From Ostrea edulis (lineage: Eukaryota): 64,000 nt of DNA. Of the stretch, positions 26,562 to 37,538 are shown piece after piece (the first letter of the stretch is position 1; every line of letters starts with the position of its first letter). The notes beneath the pieces are model-generated. The model was not told the origin of the DNA and ran no database searches. It saw nothing but the letters and a program-made list of their open reading frames with translations. The stretch covers positions 10,230,001-10,294,000 of the forward strand of contig NC_079171.1 of assembly GCF_947568905.1 (NCBI RefSeq), read 5' to 3'. The translations under genes were made by a program, and so were the position numbers.

Positions 26562-29100
26562 TTTTAGCTCACCTGAGCTGAAAGCTCAAATTGGCTAATA
26601 TGATCACCTTTAGTCTGTCGTCCGTCCGTCTATCTGTCCATAAACTTTTTTCATTTTCTTCTTTTTCTCCAGAACCCCTTTGGATAATTTCAATGAAACA
26701 TGACACAAATCATCCATGTGTGAAGGGGATTTAAGTTTTTCAAATGAAGGACCACGTCCACTTCAAAAGAGATATAATGAAAACGATGCAAAAATAGGGT
26801 GGGGTCATTTAAATTTTTTCTCAAGAACCACTAAGCTTGGAAAGTTCAAATTTGCATGAAAGATTTCCGCTGTTACCTATTTAAATTTGTTGAAAACATG
26901 GACCTTGGGTGTAGAATAGGGCCACCATAGGGAATTACAGTTTTACATACAAATATATTGGGAAGATCTTTTTAAAAAAAAATCATCTAAAGAACTACTA
27001 GGCAAGGGAACTTCAAATCTAAATGGCAGCTTTCTGACATAATGCAGATTCAAGGTTTTTTTTTAAATCATTGCCCCGGGGTCTTGTGGGGCAACACAAG
27101 TGTATCAAAGTTTTATGCAGGAATTTAAAAGGAAAATTGTTAAGAATCTTCTCAAGAACAACTTGGCCAGGAACGTTCAAATTTACATAGCACCATTCTA
27201 ACATAGTGCGAATTCAAGTATGTTAAATTTAACTTCCCTGGGTTTAAGGTGGGAGCCACCATAGGGTATCAAATTTTAAACGTGTCTGGATAACACAGAG
27301 GTAGCGCTCTCGCTTCTCACCGCTGCGACCCAAGTTCAGTCCCCATGGTCGGCAGAGGTTTATGTGAGAGGGTATGGCGGTCGCCGCTTTGACACTTGGG
27401 TTTCCTCCGGGTACTCCGGTTTCCTCCCAACCTAACTGATCCCCTAGTGCAAACATCCGTGCATCAAATGACCCCATTGGATATAAGCTTTCCACCTTTT
27501 ATGGATTTTCCTCGGTATTTATGTATCTATGGATGTTGGTATGTATGTATATACTGAATAAATGTGTTTTTTTCTTTACATACAGATATATAGGTGAAAT
27601 CTTTAAAAAATATTCTTCTCAAGAACGAATGTGCCAGTAACGTTTACTTTGAATGAAAGCTTCCTGATATAGTGCATATTCAAGTTTGTTAGAATAATGG
27701 GCCACCAGGGGTAGCTTGGGGCCACAATAGGGGATCAAAGTTTTACATAGGAATACATAGGGATAATCTTTAAATATTTTCTTCTGAAGAATAACAGGGC
27801 CAGACAGGTTCAAATTTATATGAAAGTATTCGGACATAGTGCAGATTCAATTCTGTTAAAAGCATGGCCTCTGAGGGTAGGGTGGGGCGACATTTGAGGA
27901 TTAAAGTTTTACATACAAATATATAGGAAAAATCTTCTCAAAAATCACAAGTTTCGGAAGTTCAAATTTACATGAAAAATTCCTGATCAAGATATAGGAT
28001 TCACGTTTTATATTGCAAATTCAAGTTTCTAAAAATAATGGTGTTCAAGTTGTGGTGGGGCCACAATAGGGGATGAAATATTTACATACGGGTATATAGG
28101 AAACATCTTTAACAGTCTTCTTTTCAAAAACCACAAGGCCAGAAAAGTGTCAATTTACATGAAAGCTGCCTTACATGGAGTAGTTCCAAGCCTGTGCAAT
28201 TCATAGTCCCCTGAGTAGATGGGGCCGCAATAGGGGATCAAAGTGTCATATGCTAATATATAGGAAAAACATCTGTAAAGATATTTCTTGAACTATTTGA
28301 GCTAGTGCTTCATATTTAGAATGTGATTCTTTATGGGAAGACCTTATTTTTTAATGAAGTTTCAACTTGTGATCTTGAAATTGGACCCACTTTATAAATA
28401 TCTGACCTATACATTATTTCCTAAACTATTTAAGGTAAACCTTTCACAGTTTTCTTTCTTATTATTTCACATTATAAACTTTGACCTTGTGACCTTTGAA
28501 TTGGACCTGCTTTGAAGAAACGTAACCTGTTAAATATCCTAAGAACTCTTCCAGCTAGGGCTTTCATATTTTGTATACAGATTCATGTTGACAAGATATT
28601 ATGATAAAATTGTATTTGATCTTGTGACCTTGACTAACTTTCACAGAAATCTGACCTAACCAATGTATCCTGAATTATTTAGTTAAAGCGTCCATGTTTT
28701 GTGTAAATTCTTTATGGCAAGACCTTGTTATAATTTGTATTTGACATGGTGACCCTGATCTGGAAGTCTGACCTTTTGATAGAAATATTATCTAATCAAT
28801 ATCTCCTGAACTATTTGATATCGAGCTTTCACATTATGCATATAGCCCAGCAATTTCCTATAGTACAGAATCATACCATGCCCTTGATCTTCTCCAGAAC
28901 AGCAAGATCATGTTAGTCATATTGACTTCTGTATTAAGTGGATGTTCAGTTATGTTGTTATCCTTTTGGGCAAAAATATGGGATCAGCATTCCTCATGGG
29001 CATAAAGATTGATAAGATATATTTTAATAATCACAACAGCTGAACAAAGGTAGAGCCAATGTGACTCAGGTGAGCGATGTGACCCAAGGGTATCTTGTTT
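26562..29100 (+). mobile_element. Non-autonomous Helentron-like element (HINE type) with ~166-bp central satellite array
   Basis: Starts ttttagctcacctgagctgaaagctc, followed by a (GTCC/GTCT) microsatellite and about 7 units marked by GGCCACAATAGGGGATCAAAG at 163-173 bp spacing. Ends gtgactcaggtgagcgatgtgacccaagggtatcttgttt. Confidence 0.8.
27281..27575 (+). mobile_element. tRNA-derived SINE with V-SINE-like central motif, inserted in the HINE array
   Basis: Degenerate tRNA head, GGGTTTCCTCCGGGTACTCCGGTTTCCTCCCA at about 27397-27429, and AATAAA tail. The host satellite phase resumes afterwards. Confidence 0.75.
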
Positions 29101-29695
29101 TTCCAATAAGATGGTCAGGCATCTAAAAAAAAATCGTACAACAATACGAATGTTAAATAATTTGCATGATTAAGGTCAAACTCATTAATGAAGATTACAG
29201 TCAAATTTACAAATAATGAAAGTAACCACACTGGAACATAAAGTTTCAGAAACACGTTTAACTCGTTCTTCTTTTGAAGAAAAAATAATGTTGTGTTTAG
29301 GTTCACGGTGTTTCGACTTCTTGAGTTGAAAATTGACGTGAGCATATGTATTCAAAGTTTATCTTTTTGCCATCCATTGTAACTTTTTCATATTTCCTCC
29401 TTCAGCATCAGTTTGACAACACAGAGTAGCCTTAAGTAGAGGAGATTCAACGTTAATCAAACTCTCATTTACTGTTTTAACCATGTTTAGGGCCATAAAC
29501 GAGTTACTGCATAGGTTTGTATATTATGTCGTACATGTAAATTTCTTAACAGTTAAAAGAATTTACAATTATACATTTATTGACTGGATCTGAGAACAAC
29601 ATGTTTTGTTTGATTTAAAATTGAATGTGCCGTCTAAAGCTGTAGACAACATATTGTTCAAAGATCAAACTAAACTGCTGTTGTACAAAGAACAT

Positions 29696-30303
29696 TTTAA
29701 AGTCACCTGAGTCACTCAGGTGACCTATTATTGAAAATCTGCGTCCATCGTCGTGTGTTAGCAATTGAGTATTTTTAACGTATGGATAATTTCCTAGCCA
29801 ATTCTTTTTAAATATGATATGAAGCATCTTTTGGACACGGAGTGGTGGATCATTGTATATTACATGATTCTAGCACCCCTCGGGCGTACAGGGAGGGATG
29901 GGCCAAAAGGATTGAAATTGACCAATTTTCTCAAATGTTCCCCTCTTCAACAACAGATCTGTAATGAAGTATAAATGCATAGTCATGTAGAGTAGGAATG
30001 CCTCTAGCCAAATTGTAAATTTCTTGAGTAAATGTCTTATTCCAGGGTGAGACTCAACTTGGCATCTAGTGTTTACGTGTAAAACACAATGTAATTTTCA
30101 ATAACATATTTTAATGCTACCGATACTTCATTGAAATTAAATAAGTATTTAACAGGAACCCTTTACCAAAGGTGTAAAGGCATTTAATGTATACAATTGA
30201 CTAGGGACATGTTTTCGATCATTTTTGTCCCACTATCAGTGTTCTAAGCTTATCAGGCACATCTCTGTATCAGCAAGTGACTCAGGTGAGCGTTGTGGAC
30301 CAC
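29696..30303 (+). mobile_element. HINE-type element about 300 bp upstream of the TRIM exon
   Basis: 5' hairpin gtcacctgagtcactcaggtgac and 3' gtgactcaggtgagcgttgtggac. Confidence 0.7.
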
Positions 30304-30630
30304 AAACAATATTGTTTATTTCCTACGAACCGACCCTAATTTTGACTTGAATACAAGTTGAAGCAGAACAATTTCAGTCTTTGGTCTTAGCATTCAAGAA
30401 ATGCACTTGTCAAAACAGGTCAATTGAAATCCGTCAGAAAATGTAAATTTTGTAGATCACTTGAATGCATCGAATAAATGTTAAAATGTTTATATTCTAA
30501 ATGATATGAAGCTTGAAATATAACGAAATATAATTAATTTTAATGCATGTAACATTCTATATGATTTAACATAATACTGTATGTTTAATTTCTGTAGACT
30601 GTTCTCCTAAAGACCTACACACTCCATATC

Positions 30631-32244
30631 ATGGAAACACTAGGAATCAGCACTAAAGTAAAAGTACGACAATGTTCTCAATGTCAGGGGGACACTGAGT
30701 GTTACTGTAATACATGTAAACGTGATCTGTGTTTACAGTGTAAAGAGAAACATGTCATTGATCTACATACCAAACACCATGATGTTGTGATTTACCGTGA
30801 GAAGTTTGACTACATCCCCAGACAAGAGATATGTGTCAGACATCCAGATCGGTTCTGTGAAATGTTTTGTCAGTCGTGTGAACTCTCTGTCTATTTCCGA
30901 TATTTAGAGCACCGACAACACCAAATACAGGATTTTAGAACAGTATATCAAATAAAGCGACAACAACACAGAGGAATAATTGACAACATCAGAAGTGAGA
31001 CTCTCTATAACTGTGGTGTTCTCCTGGCAAGAATCCAAACTGATATCAAAACTTGTCCCCCACAAATATGTCACCGTCAGTCACTGCTGATGTCAACAAA
31101 AGCCCAGAAACTGAAGAATGTGATTAATACTGTGGTGTGTGATGTTAAAAGATACCGAGGTTTATTGATTGATAGAATACAACACCAGAAGAGAAAAATG
31201 AGCAGACACCTCACCCACATACAGAACTATGAAGACAGATATGAGCAATCAGCAAACAGAGCGGTACAATTCCTCCTGTTTATAAAGACCAGTCGTGTCC
31301 CCCAGATGAAGGACACCCCTAATCTTCCCCAGTTATTGCGGGGAATCCCAGAAATCCAAATGACAACAGCAAAACGACACGTAGAAATAGATGAGTGTGT
31401 GAAACTGACGTCCACACCTGTATCACACACTTCTGTCTATGTGAAAGATGTTAGTGAGGTGTCACACATATCCTGTGTGATGTCAGACCGGGTCTGGGTC
31501 TCTGATATAGACAGACTTATCCTGATAGGCACATCAGGAGGCACTATACACCGTGTGACAAATAGAACAAGACTGTGTGAAATGGGACTACACACAGTGA
31601 ACAATTCTGGTGAACTGATTTATATAGACAGGAAACGTAACATAAAAAAGCTGTCTGCGGACAATGAAACAGTCAGCACACTGTTAAGGATGAAATCGAG
31701 ATGGATACCACTGTGTGTATACTGCTCCCCGTCCACTGGAGAATTGATGGTCGGGATGTCAAAGACTATTACATATACATCCAAGGTAGCTCGGTACAAC
31801 AGTAGTGGTCAACGGATCCTGACCATACAACACGACAACACAGGTCACATGCTGTATAGTCATCCTCATTATATCACAGAGAATAAAAACGGTGATATCG
31901 TTGTGTCTGACGAGGAACGTGTAGTGGTGACAAAGCGCGGGGGGAGACATCGATTCTCCTACACAGGACCTCAATCAGGATCATCACTATCACCACAAGG
32001 AATATGCACAGACGCGCGGTTGCACATCCTGGTGTGTGATGAGGACACCGACACAGTACAGATGATAGACAAGGACGGTCACTTCCTGTCTCTGTTACTG
32101 ACACCAGAACACGGGATAAACGAACCACGCAGCCTGAACTATGATGATAAAACGCATCTTCTCTGGGTCGGATCATCGGACACCAACAGAGTGTTTGTAT
32201 ATAGAAATACACAGAGGAGGTACTCTCTGACTGGTAAGTACTAG
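30631..32244 (+). CDS. TRIM-like protein without RING: B-box 1, degenerate B-box 2, coiled coil, NHL/beta-propeller repeats. Large coding exon, probably spliced at 32233.
   Basis: 537-aa ORF. CSQC..C.C.TC...LC..C...H......HH (B-box), CVRHP...CEMFCQSC (second B-box), helical middle, and C-terminal P.GIC.D....ILVCD / P..L.YD repeats. Acceptor ttaatttctgtag ends at 30597; G|GTAAGT donor at 32233/32234. Confidence 0.88.
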   Translation: METLGISTKVKVRQCSQCQGDTECYCNTCKRDLCLQCKEKHVIDLHTKHHDVVIYREKFDYIPRQEICVRHPDRFCEMFCQSCELSVYFRYLEHRQHQIQDFRTVYQIKRQQHRGIIDNIRSETLYNCGVLLARIQTDIKTCPPQICHRQSLLMSTKAQKLKNVINTVVCDVKRYRGLLIDRIQHQKRKMSRHLTHIQNYEDRYEQSANRAVQFLLFIKTSRVPQMKDTPNLPQLLRGIPEIQMTTAKRHVEIDECVKLTSTPVSHTSVYVKDVSEVSHISCVMSDRVWVSDIDRLILIGTSGGTIHRVTNRTRLCEMGLHTVNNSGELIYIDRKRNIKKLSADNETVSTLLRMKSRWIPLCVYCSPSTGELMVGMSKTITYTSKVARYNSSGQRILTIQHDNTGHMLYSHPHYITENKNGDIVVSDEERVVVTKRGGRHRFSYTGPQSGSSLSPQGICTDARLHILVCDEDTDTVQMIDKDGHFLSLLLTPEHGINEPRSLNYDDKTHLLWVGSSDTNRVFVYRNTQRRYSLTGKY

Positions 32245-33355
32245 TAGTACTGTAGTTAATTGCACTATACCAGATATATACATAGGAGGTACTCTCTGAC
32301 TGGTAAGTACTAGCAGTACTGTAGTTTACTCTACAATATCAGATATACCATATATCAGGTTTTATCCGCGTGTATCCAATTTCCGCTCTGTTCGCGACGA
32401 TTTCCGAATCGCGGAACATAAATCCGCGAAAATTTGATACAAAGTAAGCTTTTATCATAAAGTTATACGGCCGATCTACCGCAAATCTCAAAGTCTGTCG
32501 AAATTCACAACTATGAATGCAATGAATTTTGATTCCCCGATTCTTGATTTAATTAAATAAACAACAACTCATGTTTTGTTAATTAACCTCATCCGACCCT
32601 GTGTTGATTATACGTTAACCAGTTGATGGCTAGGGTATTATGATTGAGTTAGTTTGTCGACTAAACAAGATGACAGCCGAACTATTATTCGTGCATTTCA
32701 AAAGTGTTAGGGACGATAATTCCCAGATTAGTCATGCTCGACTGAAATAAGGTAAAATTTCGTAAAATCACACGAAATGTTATAAAAATCACGATTGTTG
32801 GTCGCTTTAGACAGGTGGTTGTTTTATACAGGTACAAAAGATAGGGTAACGCCTTGGGGTGGACTATTACGGTCACATACAGCAGAGAGTCGCGTATTTA
32901 CTTGAATATAAACAAAGGTGCAACATCGATGTGTGACCAGTAACTCAGAAATCGTGTAAATCGTTTCACTGACTAAATTTTTTGCATTAACAATTAAGAG
33001 TTATACTTTCACAAGCTGACTTTTTTATATAAGTTTAAATAATTATATTTTCACGATGACTTTGAAATAGTGAAATTTTGATTCGTGTAAATTTGATAAA
33101 CTATTTTAGGTTCTGATTCGCGGAAAAGAGATGGCGAGCCTTGTTTACATAACAAAGAATTCCGGGTGTAACTCAAAAACAGATATCCAAATTTTGGTTG
33201 ACCATTAGAAAACCTTTAATTAAACATTGCGAACAATGACAATGGAAAAGTAAAATTTGAAACTGTCAGCTCAAATCGTGTCCATGCCCTATTATCAATA
33301 AAATATTAATGAAGTTTAAATAAGTCATGAATTAACTATTTCAAAACTATTGTGT

Positions 33356-33946
33356 TTTTAGCTCAGGTAAGCTTTTCTGATCGCCTGTTGTCCGTCGTTT
33401 GTCTGTAAAGGTTTTACATTTTCGACTTCTTCTCCAGAACCATTTCAACCAAACTTGTCAAAAGGCAGCCTTTGGTGAAGGGTTTTCAACTTCGTTCAAA
33501 TGAAGGGCCATGCCCCCTTCAAAGGGGAGCTAATCATAAAAATGTAAAAATAGGGAAGGGCAATTTAAAAATCTCAAGAACCACTGGGCCAGAAGAGCTG
33601 ACATTTACATGAAGGCTTTCTGGCATAGTGCATATTCGAGTTTGTCAAATCATACTCCCACTCCACTCGAGGAGTACAATGGGGCCACAATATGGGATTA
33701 TTTTTTTAAATACTTATCTATAGAAAAAATCTTTAAAAATCCCATCAAGAACCATTGGGCCAAAGAAATTTCATGTACATGAAAGCTTCCTGACATTGTG
33801 CAGATTCAACTTTTTATAATCATGGACAAATGGGGTAGGCAGGAGCCACAAGAGGGATCAAAGTTTTATGTGTGGATTTTAGGGAAAATCTTTAAATATG
33901 TGCCAAGATGACTCAGGTGATCGATGTGGCACGTGGGTCTCTTGCT
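33356..33946 (+). mobile_element. Short HINE-type element of the same family
   Basis: tttttagctcagg..ctgatcgcctgttgtccgtc start, about 2 satellite units, and gatgactcaggtgatcgatgtggc..cttgc end. Confidence 0.75.
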
Positions 33947-35371
33947 TTTCTTTTTTTTTTTATACTCCTGTCATTAGATTAAAGGAGTTATGAGATTGAT
34001 CACTGTTCGTTATTTTCACCTTGCATTGGACGTATTATGTTATTGCGCTGTCCATGCGTCAGTCCAACTGACTGGTCGTCCGTCCGTCCATCCCGGATCA
34101 TGTTTCCGGACTTTTTTTCCTCAACGGATGCATTTACAACTTTGAAATTCGGTCACAATATCTCCCTCAACAATTGTAAGATCGAATTTGCATTTCAGCT
34201 GGATTGGTTTATCCTTGACCGTCTTTAGGGATATAAGTAGGTCAAACAGTTTTCCGTGCTTTTTTCCGTTACAGATACAGATATTGCCCTGGAATTTACA
34301 CATAAGCTTCCTTTCATAGGAATACGAGTTCAGATTGCATTTCAGCTGGATAGGTTCGTGCATCCGTGACCTAAATTAGGACTAAAAGGAGGTAAAATAG
34401 TTTTCCGGGCTGCTTTTATTATATACACAGATATCGCTCTGATATTTAGTCAAAGGCTTCCTCTCGGAGGAATACAAGTTCAGTTTGCATTGCAGCTGGA
34501 TTGCTCCATCCTTCACCTACTTTTAAGCTAAAAGGAGGTCAAACAGTTTCCCGGGCTTCTTTTTCATTACATATACCGATATTCCCCTGGTATTTAGTCA
34601 AAGGTTTCCTTTCTGAGGAATAAAAGTTCAGTTTGCATTACAGCTGGATTGGCCCATCCTTGACCAACTTTTTGGAATTAATAGGTCAAACAGTTTTCTG
34701 AGCTTTTTGCTTTGCAAATACAGATATTGCCCTGATAGTTAGTCAAATACTTCCTCTCAGATGAATACAAGGTCGGTTTGCATTTCAGCAGGATTGGTCC
34801 ATCCTTTACCTACACTTGAGCTAAAAATAAGTCAAACAGTTTTCCGGGTATTATTTTCATTAGAGATAGAGGTATTGCCCTGATATTTAGTCAAAGGCTT
34901 CTTCTCTGAGGAATACAAAGTCAGTCTGTCAGAGGCTTCCTCTCAGAGGAATACAAGGTCAGTTTGCATTTCAGTTGGACTGGTCCATCCCTGACGTACT
35001 ATTTGGAAAAAAATAGGTCAAAACAGTTTTCCGGGCTTTTTTCATTACGGATACATATATTGCCCTGATATTTTGTCAAAGGCTTCCTCTCGGAGGAATA
35101 CAAGTTCAGTTTGCATTCCAGCTGGATTGGTCTATCCCTGACGTACTATTTGGAAAAAAATAGGTCAAAACAGTTTTCCGGGCTTTTTTGTTTTCATTAC
35201 TGATACATATATTGGCATGGTATTTAAGCAAAGGCTTCCTCTCAGATGAATACAAGTTCAGAATGTATTTCAGCTGGTTTGGTACTTCCTTGACCTACTT
35301 TTTGGAAACAAATAGGTCAAACTGTTTTCAAGGCTTTTAAATCGAGTTCCGTAGTAGATCTCGGCTTTTAA

Positions 35372-36861
35372 CGTAGGTCACGGGTTTAGAGACCTTTTTT
35401 TCTCACTCGAAAACCCCATCTGAAAATTTGACCGATGTATCTTGATAATGTATATATTAATTATTTTTCATTCAACAGCACGGTTTTTTTAGTAATTACG
35501 TCTTAAATACACCATTGTTTCACGGTAGCGACACTGTTTACCATTGAATTATATAGAAAATAATTGTGATTTACTTTATTCATTGCATAATTCAACTTAA
35601 AATAGACAGACTATGGTGCTGTTCATCTTGATAAAATTAATATCAAAGCGAAACAAAAATAATTTGAAAAATATTTATGAAAAAAAATATGGGGTATTCG
35701 AGTTCGTTTTTTTTTTTTTTAAGAAAAAGATGTCAAAGTTTGATAAAAACCATCAAAGCAACAGTTTTTAACAAATAGTGTTACAAATATTCGCGACGTC
35801 ATTCAACAACGTTATTCATTTACTTTCCATGCATCACTTCAAAAAGAACTCAAAACAACGTTATTGACTCCTGGACTCCTAGTTTTGAAGGGGAAATCAA
35901 ATATGTATGGACAAAATGATCAATTATTTACAAAATGTCAATCGCAAAATTTCTTAATATATATAAATGTGTATATACATTGAGCTATATATCTAAATTG
36001 TGTTGTGCGGCTAATCATTGAAATTCTTTTATTCTTTTGCGACCGCATGCTCGCATTAACAGTGACTAAACTAATATAGCCTATATGTAATAGTGTAATT
36101 TTATTTTTGAATCCCATTAAGGTTAAATGTTTAATTTCATATACATGCAGTTTAATCATGTCTTAATATTCTAACCAGAAATACAACTAAATTTCTTTCT
36201 ATTTTTGCAATAGATTTATGTTTATTAAAAAAAAAACTCACAAACACATACAAATGCTCACTTTCCCAAACCAAATAACTCTTTGAAAACATGAATGCAG
36301 TTTAAAATTATAAGTATTTTTAACTTGTATTGCAGATTCACTTAAAACGTCAGCTATTTGTTTTTCTACTTTTCGACTAAATATTTACGCATTGTTTGAA
36401 ATAACCGTGAGTCCGACCGCCCGAGACACACGGGCGAATATATTTTTTGGTATAGTTGCCCGATCGGACGTGATAAAATTTCTGCTAAAGAAAATTTAGA
36501 TGACTCAACTTTATTATTGTACCTGTAACTAAATGGACAGACCTCGTCAATTTAGTACATTTTAATGCATATCTTACCGTATATAAAATTTCAATACAAT
36601 ATAATGTACTAGAAACGAATTAGGTCCATTGTATTTCATTAGAAGATAGATACATGTAAAAGTAATTTTAAAATATCCAGGCAAGTAGGTCTTTGGCAGG
36701 GCTAACATTTTTTACAAGCAGTCAGCCCTACATGTCTAGCTAATTTTACAGCGAGTTTCAAACACTACTTGAGGTGGGTAGTTGAAAGGATCAACTTTGC
36801 TAGAATACATGTATTGTTAGTTTGCTGTTCTCCAATACCGGCATTCTTTTGTAAATATGAT

Positions 36862-36920
<59 letters not shown>

Positions 36921-37538
36921 TTTATAGGCAACCCCTGCTCAAATTTTCGCAGGGGTTTTGGAAATGTTTTCAGAGACATTTGCAGCAGGACACATTGAAA
37001 CATTTCTTTATAGGCTATCCCTGCCCAACGCTTTTAATTATTCAATGTTGTCCGATCTTCACGTATGATGGGGTAGGAATAAAATTATGAACTCGTCATT
37101 TTCAAATGTCCGCCATAAAAGCGTCAAATCTCTGAATAAAACTTTCATTAACTGGGAAACTCCCGTCCGATTTTTCTCGGGTTCTAAAAACGCTTATAAA
37201 AGCATACCCAACATATCCAGTCGTCTCACCTCCCCAAGTTGTCCGCTGCTAAACTTTATACAGTTACAATATAAAACATATTACTAGCCGAAATTTTGCA
37301 CCATAAATGAAAGACTTAACAAAATCAAACGAAGTATGTTCTACTTTGATAACACTTGTTGGTAATATATAATTTTGTGATATCGGTAAAGTATTACGTT
37401 CTTTATATACATTCAATAACCCATGTGTACGGTATTCAGACAACTGTTACGTCACAATTGAATGTGTACGTAAAAAGACGTCGAGTCGTGGGATTTGCGA
37501 ACCTGAGAACGATGACGTAAGCAAACCCGCGACCTACG
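35372..37538. mobile_element. 2.17-kb non-coding TIR element flanked by TTAA
   Basis: TTAA|CGTAGGTCACGGGTTT ... AAACCCGCGACCTACG|TTAA: 16-bp TIR with one mismatch. Confidence 0.75.
36866..36915 (+). repeat. (TC)25 microsatellite
   Basis: Direct reading; source of the RERERE and SLSLSL ORFs. Confidence 0.95.

Noticed and set aside
36800-37090. ORFs with RERERE or SLSLSL runs
   Set aside because: Artefacts of the (TC)n microsatellite.
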